A DNA stretch of 64,000 nucleotides, from positions 105,695,610 through 105,759,609 of the forward strand of contig NC_068983.1 in the NCBI RefSeq assembly GCF_001194135.2, written 5' to 3'. This DNA comes from Octopus bimaculoides. Lineage: Eukaryota. Under the pieces are notes generated by a model. That model made no database searches. It was not told the origin of the DNA and saw nothing but the letters and a program-made list of their open reading frames with translations. A program made the position numbers and the translations under genes. Shown piece by piece: positions 24,761-36,070 of this stretch; the first letter of the stretch is position 1; every line of letters starts with the position of its first letter.

Positions 24761-25965
24761 TATAAATGTATCTGGTGTACTGTGCATGCACTTTGGAGAC
24801 TGTAAACAATATTCAATAAGCTTGAGTAAGTGTCTTCTATAGATGGAAACAAAGAAGCCTGTTATTATATGTGTGTGTGTGTGTTTGTCCCCCCATCACT
24901 GCTTGGCAACCAGTGTTGGTGTGTTTACATTCCTGTAACTTAGCAGTTCAGCAAGATACTGACAGAATAAGTAGTAGGCTTTAAAAAATAAGTCCTAGGG
25001 TTGATTTTGTTCGACTAAAACCCTTGAAGGCAGTGCTCCAGCATGGCCACAGTCAAACGACCGAAGTAAAAGAATAGATATGTATTTATAAAACAGAGAC
25101 AGCACATTTTAAGAAAAAATTATAACACTGCATCTCTACTAACCTTGAGCTACACACATCAACTCTAGTACTAATGGTCGACATTAACTTTCCATAACAA
25201 TCTTATACATTCACGACTGCATCATAAAGTGCATTCCTCTTCTGGCAGAGAAAACCCTTTAGCTCTGAAACAGCTGCTAGCATGTATTATTAATGTTGTA
25301 TGACACCAGCTGTGTCGTAGCTGTGACCTGTGTCTCTTTGTTAGTATGCTTAGAACTACATTATCCAATGTATATGTCCTTTAAGATGTTAGGGTGTAAT
25401 TTAAGGAATTTGACTGCTATTTCTAGCTGGTCAAGCAACCACAGAGACCCCTTTATTAGCTCATGTATATACTAAGATGTGGAGGATGATACCACTGAGT
25501 ATGCACTAATACATTTTGAACCCTTCTAAAAACTAAGGCTGTCTATGAGCAATAGTATTTCACATATCAACATGTCAAAAGATCTGACTCTTCATTTGGG
25601 TTGTCTAGTCTTTCGTCCACAACTGACTATATACTACCTAAACCAACAGCCAATTGTCCCACAAGATAGCCTCTACATAGATGTTTGATCTGCAAGAAAT
25701 AGCAGACATCACCTTCAAACCATCTCATAATGTCTTAAATAAGGGAAGGACTTTGGGTAATGATGTCCTACACACTAAGAAAAGAATTGATCATAGTTTG
25801 AATGCTATTGAACTTTAAGCCTGTTCCACCAGGACTGTCCTAGGGCTAAACAAATTAGCCCAATACTTCAGTATTAAGATGCTTTGAAAAATTCATGACT
25901 ACTGGGCCTCTTTTAGAGCAAGCCACTGGTCTTCTGCACTTGCTAACACTATACTATCATCCAAA

Positions 25966-26347
25966 GTGGAGTTGCAATGGCCCAGTGGTTAGAGCAGCGG
26001 ACTCGTGGTCATAGGATCGCGGTTTCGATTCCCAGACCGGGTGTTATCAGTGTTTATTGAGCGAAAACACCTAAAGTTTCACGTGGCTCTGGCAGGGGAT
26101 GGTGGCGAACCCTGCTGTACTCTTCCACCACAACTTTCTCTCACTCTTACTTCCTGTTTCTGTTGTGCCTGTAATTCAAAGGGTCAGCCTTGTCACACTG
26201 CGTCACGCTGAATATCCCCGAGAACTACGTTCAGGGTACATGTGTCTGTGGAGTGCTCAGCCACTTGCACGTTAATTTCACGAGCAGGCTGTTCCGTTGA
26301 TCGGATCAACTGAAACCCTCGACGTTGTAAGCGACGGAGTGCCAACA
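25966..26347 (+). mobile_element. Full-length tRNA-derived SINE with target-site duplication
   Basis: A box TGGCCCAGTGG, B box GGTTTCGATTCC. Flanked by ACTATCATCCAAA (25953-25965) and ACTATCATCTAAA (26348-26360). Confidence 0.85.
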
Positions 26348-26934
26348 ACTATCATCTAAACTTACATGACGATTCATCATTTTGTTGTTTTAGGAGAAGG
26401 TACATTGTTATCCTAATCCTTCCCCTCCAGAGATCAACAAATCAATGCTATAGTAAATTAGGTGAAATGACACTGTGAAGAGGAAATTCTGTTATCTTCA
26501 TTGATTTACTTCAAATATAGTGCAAGAGAGTCAATAATGTGAATGGGGAATAATAGGCAACTGACCAACAAGGTAGTAATGAGGAAGGGACAAATCAAAT
26601 CTGAAATGGTGTAAATACAAGCATGTCTGAGTGATAAAGGACTCCACTATGGAGCTATGTAGTTTTGGGTTCAGTTTCACAATGCAGCACCTTGATTAAG
26701 TGTCTACTGTAGCTTCAACCTGACCAAACCAAGTAAGCAAATTTAGTAGACAAACAATGCAAAAGCCCATCATGTGTAATGATTATGACGTGTTCCTGGC
26801 TTTGGGTTAAAGAAAATACAGGAGGATCAGTTAATTATGATTTTTGTCAACATATTCCCCTCTCAGACTCGCATGCTTATTGCCGCAATCCTTCAGTTTT
26901 TCTAAGCCCTGTAAAATTTCCTTCCCATCAAACA

Positions 26935-27385
26935 AACCCCGAGTTAGACATGTTTTTCACAGAAGACTGGAAACAATATGATGATGCTCATTTACAACCA
27001 TCACATGATGTCTAGACAAAGGTGTCTTGCAGGTACTAGTACCATGTAAAAAGCCCTTTTGCTGGTGACACATAAAAAGCACCCAGCATACTCTGTAAAG
27101 TGGTTGGTGTTAGGAAGGACATCCAGCTATAGAAACTATGCCAAAACACAATTGAAGCCTGGACAGCTCCTGTCAGACCATCCAACCCATGCCAGTTTGG
27201 AAAACAGATATTAAACAACAACAATGATGATGATGATATACAAGATAGTCTTCATCCAGTTCCTGTGTACCAAATCCACTCACGGCTTTTGTCATCCAAA
27301 GGCTATAGTAGAAGACACTTGCCAAAGGTGCTACACAATGGGACTGAACCCAAGACCACATGTTTGGGAAGCAAACTTCTTAACC
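26935..27385. mobile_element. Diverged RTE-tail element ending in (GAT)n, abutting an antisense tRNA-SINE fragment
   Basis: ttaggaaggacatccagc...ttaaacaacaacaatgatgatgatga, followed by the reverse complement of the main SINE head. Confidence 0.7.
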
Positions 27386-28182
27386 ACACAACTGCATATA
27401 CTCTGTGTGTTTGCCTCTCTCTTCTTATCTCTACGTGACATGACTTAACAATCTATGTTTGTTTATTTCTGTGTAACTTAGTAACTTGGCAAAATAGAGA
27501 TCAATAGAATACTAGATTTAAGAAGAAAAGAACTGAAGTTGATTCCATTGACTAAACTTTACAAGGCAGTGCTCTAGTATGACCATAATCCAATGACAGA
27601 ATCCTGTAAACAAGTAAAATCAAGCTTTGAAAAATCAAATGGAGTAGATAATTGATTTCTTAAGCAAGACAGAGCCATATGACGTGTAGGGACACTGCAT
27701 TTCGTTATCCAGCCATAATAAACTACAAAGTATATTAAATGCTTTACAAGTCAATATTGTGCTAGCAGTGCCATTAAATCACTTGTTACGGTTATCTCTA
27801 CAGATTTCTACAAAGTAATATTAAACACTGTGTTCTGCTGTGTTAGCAGTGCTACTAAACCACTCTTCAAAGTATATTAACCTTAACAAGAGCCTTATAA
27901 TGATAATTCACACAAAGCATGCAATGATAAGCAAAAAAGAAACCTAACCCATTGTAACTTCATACACTGCCGCAAACTATTAGCTTACTAATATAACGTC
28001 CTACAATACATTATAAAGATTCAAACAAGTATACAGTAGAATCATTACTATTTGCCATGGGAAGATTTCACATGCAAACCAACAAAACATTTATTAACTG
28101 TAGTCCCCTTATGCTTATATTGCTAAATAGCCTAATATGTCATGGTACCTATTTACAGCTGGTTAGACTGAGTTATTTAGAA

Positions 28183-28370
28183 TTAACCCTTTAGCATTTA
28201 AACTTGCCATATCTGGTCAAAATATTCTACTTGTTTTATGTTCAAATCAGCTAGATCTGGCCTCTCACACCTATGCTTTAATGTTATTCTGAAAATAGGC
28301 AATTGCATCATCAAAATCTCAGAGCAACAAGTTAATGCATGATTAATTCAAAGCAATGTGAATAAATAAG
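28183..28370. mobile_element. MITE with TTAA-CCCTTT end (piggyBac-like); second copy at ~30579-30794
   Basis: TTAACCCTTTAGCATTTAAA start; the other copy ends TTAAAGAGTTAA and shares internal sequence. Confidence 0.55.
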
Positions 28371-28537
28371 TACCGTAAATCTTCGAGCATAGTCCGCCCT
28401 TGAGTATGATACGCAGGAGATTTTTAGGGGGCTGTACCTCTGAAAAACCTAAACCTTGTGTATAATACGCACCCCTTCTCTAACTTGAGTCAAGGAGGTC
28501 TATATAATGTACTTGGTTTGTAAACGTATATATGGTA
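28371..28537. mobile_element. Short TIR element (TACCGTA...TATGGTA), Tc1/pogo-like MITE
   Basis: Imperfect 7-bp terminal inverted repeats; CpG-richer than the flanks. Confidence 0.45.
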
Positions 28538-28566
28538 AAGTCCTTTGTTATTATTGTATATATAAC

Positions 28567-29000
28567 ACTAGCAGCTAAACCTGGTTTCACCTGGTCTGTT
28601 TGGATGATGTGGCTGTGATTGTTTTCGGTTAGGCATAATCTATAACAGCGTTTCTCAACCTGATCATTTCGTATCCCGTTTCGATTGGAGCCTCCAGCTG
28701 TATGAAGATTTCACCCACCTCCTGTCAGAAAATGGTTTCAGGAGTTGTGAAGAAAGAATTTGTACGTAGTCTGTTTGTGAGAGCTATTCTATTGGACGTC
28801 TGTCTAATCATTAAAAAATTTATTTAATCATGAACATAGAAAGAAATTATACATTAATCGCAATTTTTGTAAGCAGTTTTATCTGTAAAAATTTTATTTG
28901 CAGAGAGAAATTGAAAGATATATGAAATGGATGTGCGTGTGTGAGAGAGAAAGAGGGTAAGAAAGAGAGATAGAGTGAGTGAGTGAATTTGTATGTCATT
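28567..29000 (+). mobile_element. Possible Helitron/Helentron-type non-autonomous element
   Basis: Starts ACTAGCAGCTAAACCTGGTTTCACCTGG (short hairpin) and has an internal (GA)/(GT) microsatellite. Family call is from recollection only. Confidence 0.35.
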
Positions 29001-29151
29001 GACTTACGTTGGCTGGAACAGCAAGTATGAAGCTTTTGAGGCGGCAGATGTGAAGAAAAAAAGGAACGGCAATCTTTTGATGTGGGCGTCGAATGAAGAG
29101 ACATGAAAAGTTTTATGACTGAACCTAGAACCATGTGGTTGGTAAGCAAAC

Positions 29152-29640
29152 ACTCTGACTCCAATTGAAGACTTCTCAGAAAACGAAAGGACATCTTTCA
29201 AGATCAGACTCTGAGAAGCTACAGTATCCCGCAGGATTTTAATGGGCTTCAAATGGGTATCACCAACCAAAACACAGCCACTCCTTGCACCTGTATTTAA
29301 CCTCATTTCTAATCTGAGATAATTTGATAGGATTGACTCTGTATGGGAGCTGTTTTACTTGCTGAGCATTCCCAACAACCACATCATGTTCAATAGTGCT
29401 GGTCCTTCTTGGAACATCCTGGAACAGCTGGGGATACTCCATAATCAAGGCTTTCAGCTCCAGGAAATCGTTGTCTTTGAGATGCTTTAATACATTATCC
29501 AATTTTTGTAGAACATTTGAATTCTTGAGTTTGGCTGGTTTGTCGATGTCTTCAACCATGAAGTCGTCTGTTATTGACTCTTCAGCGATTATGGTGACCG
29601 TTTGGACGTTTGAAGCACTATGGTCATAATACACATACAC
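29152..29640 (-). pseudogene. Scrambled Ty3/Gypsy pol fragments (PR-RT linker and protease)
   Basis: ...EYPQLFQDVPRRTSTIEHDVVVGNAQQVKQLPYRVNP...EVKY (pre-RT linker) and LKPIKILRDTVASQSLIL (aspartic protease, LRDTGA-type motif). Confidence 0.75.
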
Positions 29641-29806
29641 ATAACTGAACATATATAAACAAGCATCACCATCATAGAAGTGATGTAGTTTGTTTCTAGT
29701 TTTATATGGAAAACAAGCTGAATTTATAAGTCAATAAACTAAAACATTGTTTGATTGTTTGTTTGTTGTTTCTGCAAATTTTTTTTTTAAAGTGCAAAAA
29801 ATATGT

Positions 29807-29812
29807 TTTATT
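29807..29812 (-). terminator. Candidate polyadenylation signal (AATAAA) of the CENP-L-like gene
   Basis: AATAAA on the minus strand ~90 nt after the stop, with an A-run ~20 nt further downstream. Confidence 0.45.
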
Positions 29813-29900
29813 GAAATAGTGATTTCTTATAAAAGAATATTATACAGAGTAGGAATAAAATAGTCATAATACAGATCATAAACCAATGATATATTCTCCA

Positions 29901-29987
29901 TTAAGTGGTGTAAATAAAACTCAGCTGTTCTACAGACATCTGGCAGAATAATCCAAGAATATGAACAAGATGATTTGAAGAACAAAG
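29901..29987 (-). CDS. CENPL: CENP-L-like last coding exon (LCSSNHLVHILGLFCQMSVEQLSFIYTT*)
   Basis: ttttgtctaatttcAG acceptor; TAA stop at 29903-29901. Confidence 0.85.
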   Translation of the reverse strand, partial: LCSSNHLVHILGLFCQMSVEQLSFIYTT

Positions 29988-32900
29988 CTGAAATTAGACA
30001 AAATACATAAATGACAAATAATACATAGTCAATAAAATGATGAGAGGTTAAATTCTGAGACAGAACTATCTATCTTAGCAGAGTAATTACAAAGAACCCC
30101 CACCACCATAACCACTACAAACACCAGTATAAAACCCACTCAATAAATAATCATTATCATCAAAAATAAATTTATATTTGTGAAAGAATGGTATGATCTA
30201 GATTTAGTTGATGCTGATAAAGAATGATTAATCCTCTTGCACAGAGGTTCACAACCATTTTTCATATATGGACTCCCATTGATTGCTATTTTATTCTGGT
30301 GGATCACCGCATAGCCATTCAATGTTTAGAAACTTCTTTCAAAATTCCTATTTTGTTTTTCAAACATTTATTTGTGTAGGTTGAACTATGCAAAATGTTG
30401 GAGAAAGAAACCTAGCTGTTTCTTGCAATACATATCAATACATACATCTAAAGCAAAATTTTTTCAGGGGCCCTTAAAATATTATCGTTGATCCCCAATT
30501 TACCATTTTGTTGCTTGAACCCCCAAAAATCTTATATGGACCTTCAGGGGCCATATAGACACCATTTGAGAACTACTGCTTTAGCATTTAAACTAGCCAT
30601 ATCTGGCCAAGATAATATACTTGTTTTATTTCAAACTGGCCAGATCCAACCTCTCACACTTACCCTGAAATATTATTCTTGTAAATATTATTCATGTCAT
30701 TGAAATCTTAAAGCTACAAGGTAATGCAAGACCAAATTAATGTGAATAAATACACATTACATTTGACAGAGAAATATGAATGTTAAAGAGTTAAAGACCA
30801 GAGACAGTGTGACAATTTGCCTTAGACTAAAACTTTCCTGGTAGAAAGATGTATTTTGTTTATATGGTTTTAAGCAGTGACTCATTGATGGGCTCATTGG
30901 ACTCCTCTTTCAGTACATGCAACTATGTAATTATTGTTCTTGAATGCATATATTAATAAAGTAAAGATATGATTTTATATACATGAAACTTAAATTTTAT
31001 AGTCATCAATCAAAAAAGAAAATGCCAGACAAAAGTAGACAAAGGAAAATTTTTTTAGAAAAATATGAAAAAATAAAACTTACTTTGAACACTCCATTAA
31101 CAGAGACTGAGGCCAAAGCATTCCTGATTTTGATTAATTTCAATGACTAAAAAATAAAGAAAAACCATTTCACTTTATTTCAAATAAAAATTTTAAATAA
31201 ACTGAGAAAAAGAACAGGTTTTAAAGATTGATATGTTGGAACTATAAAAGTAGTTACTAATTGAGACAGTCAACACTTAATTTTGGCCTGAAAGAGAACT
31301 TTTTACTCTGGAAGAGAATTGAGACACCCTTATAAATGTGGTACAAACAAATTGAAATGCCCAATCTTTAATAAAATGAGGGATAATATTAAAAAAAAAA
31401 AGTTTAAACTTGTTAAACACTTGACTTTGTTGTTAGAAATCTGGAAAACTCAATTTTGAAAAATGGATCTAATTATGGATGGTTATATATCATATTAAAG
31501 ATATCTTCTTTCAAACAATTTATACATCTCTATGCAATAGTCTTAACAAGATTCTAAGATTATATCACTCAATACATTCTTTTTAAGACAGCTTTAAGAG
31601 CAGTTTACTAGGACACATACTGCCAGTGATAATTTCAAAGGAGCAGCAACTGTTACACACTAACATCAACATCATTGTTTTAATGTTCACTTTTTCATGC
31701 TAGCATAGGTCAGATAGAGCTCATTGAGACAGATTTTGTACAGTCAGACACCCTTTCTGTCACCCACCCACACCTGTTTTTAAGCAAGTATTTCTCCATG
31801 GCCAGATATATTTTCATAGAAGATTGAAAATAAATGGCACTGTATGATGATGCTCATTTACAACAGTTGTGTGATATCAAGACAAAGATACATACACATA
31901 TATATGATAGGCTTCTTTCAGTTTGCATCTAGAAAATACACTTGGAAGATGCTTGGAAATGAACCATACAGCCATACCTAAAACTCATGAGTTGATCAAT
32001 CAAAGCAGTGAAGATATTCAGAATTTTTTGAAGAACATATGTAAAAGCCTCAGCTAGGAAGTTAAAGAGCTTTGTGAACCTGACTTGCAAGTAGGTTTAA
32101 TTGCTCTAAGAAAATTGTTAACATTATGTAGCAATCAGTAAATTCAGATGTAATCTGTCTAACAGCCATGCAAATCTACTCAGTTAAATTCCAATGTTAA
32201 AATTATGCACATGGGTGAGTGATAAGAAGTTTGCTTTGCAGCTACAGGGTTCAAGTTCAGTCTCACTGAAGTATCTTCTGCTATAGCCTTGAGCTGACCA
32301 AAACTTTGAAGGGATTTGGTAGACAGAATCTGAAAGAAGTCTGTGGCACACACACACACACGAGAGGCCAACTGAAAGGTTCATAGGTTGACCAAGATGC
32401 TCTAATGAAATGTGACCAAACAAGGTTTATTTTTTTAACATATCTCCCCTTGTGATCCACACATTTCTTCCATCAGTGTTGCAGTGCTTGGATCCCATTG
32501 GTGAAGAAGCTTTCATCCTTTTGGTCAAAGTCATCAACAGCAGATATGATGTAATCACCATGATACTGGTTCCCAGCCAGGTGTTTTTTTCATTTTGAGG
32601 TACAGATGATAGTCAGATGGGGACAAATCAGGAGAATAGGGAGTGTAATCAACCAATTCAAAGCTACAGTCATGCACAGCAGCCATTGAAAGTAGGGACC
32701 TGTGTGCTGGAGCATTGTCCTAATGAAACAAGACCCCTTTCATCAGTTTTCCTGGGCTTTCATAACTGCTTTAGCAAGTTGACATAGTACTCTTCATAGA
32801 TAGTGTGGCCCTTTTGAAGATAGTTAATAAACACATTGCTGTTTGCATCACCTTCACTGCAGATGAAATGACCTTGACCTTTGGAGCAGGTGAGGAAGGG

Positions 32901-35900
32901 TATCCCCATTGCATGGAGCATGTTTTTGTTCTGGCTCAAAGTGATGAACCCAACACTCATCCAAGGTTAAGAAACATTAAAAAAAACTAGATGGATCTAC
33001 CTCAATGTCAGATTTTCCCTGGCATGCTTTCAATCAAGTGTCAGAAGACATGGCAACCACCAAGCAAAAATTTTCGTCATGCCAAGTTCATTGAGCAGAA
33101 TATTCTCAACTGTCTCATGCAGTATGCTAATAACATTGGCTACTTGATTTATTGTCAACTACTGGTCATCTATCACCATGTGGTATATACGATTGTTTTC
33201 CTTGGTGGTGATATCCAGACCTAGGATCATCTATACTCTCCCATCCCCTCCTAAATTGAGCTGCCCACTGTTGATAAAGCTGGAGTATCATCCCCTAATG
33301 TAGCAACCATATCAGTATGAATGTCATAGGGGACTAAGCCCTTTTTCTGCAGGTACTTAATAACACCATGAAGCCAAATTTTGTCCATTCTCAAGAGGAG
33401 TCATTACTAGTTACTTTTGAAGTCTCTTTTGAACAGTAAAATGCCAGTTTACCTGGAAAAAAACAATGCAGTTAATAAGAAGAGTTGAAATTAATGCATG
33501 CAAGATTTCATAGCTCAAGCATCACTCCTTCATAGTCAGCCTGTCAACTTTTCAGCCCACCCTTATATGTATGTGTATCTTTGTGTCTGTTTGTCCCTCA
33601 ATACCACTTGACAACTGGTGTTGGTGTGTTTACATTCCTGTAACTTAGCAATTTGGCAAAAGAGATCAATAGAATAAGTACTAGGATTTCAAAAAATAAA
33701 CACTAGGGTCAATTCATTCCATTACAATCCTTTAAGGTAGTATCCCAGCATGGCCACAGTCTAATGACTGAAACAAGTAAAAAATAAAAAGATGAATCAA
33801 TTCCAAGTATAACTTTAAAATTTCTTATCACAATATTGTAAAACTTCATACTTACAGTGATTTTTATTTTCAAAACCTCATAGTAAAATAATTCAATTTG
33901 TGATATGAATTCATTTACTTGATCAATTGTAAATTCACTATCATTTGGGTCTGGGTGAATTCTGCAAGGAATTGAAATTAATGTAATATTTAATAATAAT
34001 AAAAAATAAAAAAAGGATTGAGTGTTTAAAAAGTAAACATTTTATTTTAATATATTTAGTTGATAATTACAAATAATATGAGTCTTCTTTGGTTGCACTG
34101 CTTTTTTGGATTACCATGACTCTGCTGCCATCCAATTCCATTATTATGAATTTGAATCGGGAACTTGAGTCATAGTGAATCTTACATTGGCTGATTACAC
34201 AACCATGGATTTATTGCAGTTACTCTCTTGATAGCGTTTGGTGATCCTGACCATTGATCTTCTAACTGTCTCATGCTCAGCATCAATGTAAGAAGCACCA
34301 TTAGCTCAGTACAGCTCTTCCACTACCTCTTCACAATCCACCATGCTGCAGTCCTATGACTTTGCTGTATCCCTGGTATGGTGACTGAAAGGGAGCTATA
34401 CCTTGCCAAAGTGCAATCTGTAACTATGCATTGCATGGTTGTCACTCCAAGAGGTATTTTCAAAACACCCACATAATCACACAATACTGATGGCATTTTA
34501 GTTATGGAAGGAAATAGAGAAATTTAGAGAACTGTTATCTTCGTTGATAACAAAACTATTGCAACTTGTCTACAAAACAAATAATAAGAGGCCAAAACAA
34601 GAAGTGCTATGTGTAGTATTGAACTTACTTTAATTGAAGGGAATGAGCTGACTATGACATAATATGTATGCAATATTCACTCACAAGAAAAATTAATGAG
34701 TTGAGAAAGTGATTCAACATCAAAGATATCAGCATGCAAGAGATAACTGTTTTAGTCCGAATATATAATGTAGAGAGATGATACTACACCATTTTTTAAA
34801 TATAAATTAATATAACCTCAGAGAAAATAAAATAGAAGATATTTAGGTGCAAAAAAATAATTTGTCAATGATCTATTTTAAACTGAAGTTATTGCATTTG
34901 ACTGATGATGCTATGTTTACTTATGGATGACAAAAGTCAGTCTCAAAGCAACAATAGCTGGTTTCAAATTACAAGTTCTGGTATCTCACAAATTGTGAAA
35001 AAAGGAAAGCAAGCAGCACTCTCTCTCTCATGAAGTAATCACTTGAAGCTTGTATACATGTATTGTTGTAGCATGAGAAGATTGAGAATTCATTGCTGCA
35101 GCCTATGATGTTGAAATGAGGCTGTTTGTGTTCAGCCTGGTTCCTCTTCTTTGACATTGTGACCATAGGTGAGCCTGCCAGGAGCACTAGACTCTCAGAG
35201 CCACTGAACAATGCAAGCCCTCCACCAAGATAAAAAGAAATTGTGATTTAATCAAATAATCAGCTATACTCTTCTTTATGAAAATTAATCATTATAATTA
35301 CTATCATTACCAGTATTGTTGTTCCATCATGAACGTTCCCTGTAGATGCTGATTAATGAATAATTATTTAACATAAATCATACCCACTCAGCAAACAAAA
35401 GGCCTGAGAAAGTCATGGGCAGTGCATTTTATTTCAGACTAAGCCATAAAAAAAAAATTTGTAGAACAAGAAAATGGGGTCTGAATTAAGAGATTTGGCT
35501 GCTATATATAGCAAGTTAAAGGTCCACAGAGAGGATCACATGTTCACTGTTATATTAACATGTTTATCTCTCTAACACATTTCCCTTTTGGTTCATTTTC
35601 ATGTTTTTAAAAGGCTGGATTACTTCTATATACTGTATATACTTTTCAATGGGTTGCACTTTTTTAACCAAAAACTTTGATAAAAATCAGGGGTGTGACT
35701 TATCACAGGGATCTGAAGTAGAAATTTTCTTGTCAAGTTGGTATTTAATGATTTTTTTTTTTAGTTGATTAGACTTTCATAAAGTCACCTCTGTAAAGAT
35801 GTTTTAACATTTGTGAGCAAAGTTTTGAAATAAAGGTAAATATTTGATAATATTTAACAAATATTATAGGCGCAGGAGTGGCTGTGTGGTAAGTAGCTTG

Positions 35901-36031
35901 CTTACCAACCACATGGTTCCGGGTTCAGTCCCACTGCGTGGCACCTTTGGCAAGTGTCTTCTACTATAGCCTCGGGCCGACCAAAGCCTTGTGAGTGGAT
36001 TTGGTAGACGGAAACTGAAAGAAGCCCGTCG

Positions 36032-36070
<39 letters not shown>

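Noticed and set aside
25966-26040. tRNA-like sequence as a true tRNA gene
   Set aside because: No clean acceptor stem or terminator; it continues into a 380-bp body flanked by a TSD, so it is a SINE head.
27722-27890. Degenerate direct repeats (caaagtatattaa; gtg.tagcagtgc.a.taaa)
   Set aside because: Only 2-3 poorly matching units, consistent with old local duplication and no sign of function.
34230-34340. In-frame TGA in ...EELY*ANGA... as selenocysteine
   Set aside because: Other stops flank the frame, there are no convincing splice sites, and I see no SECIS-like structure.
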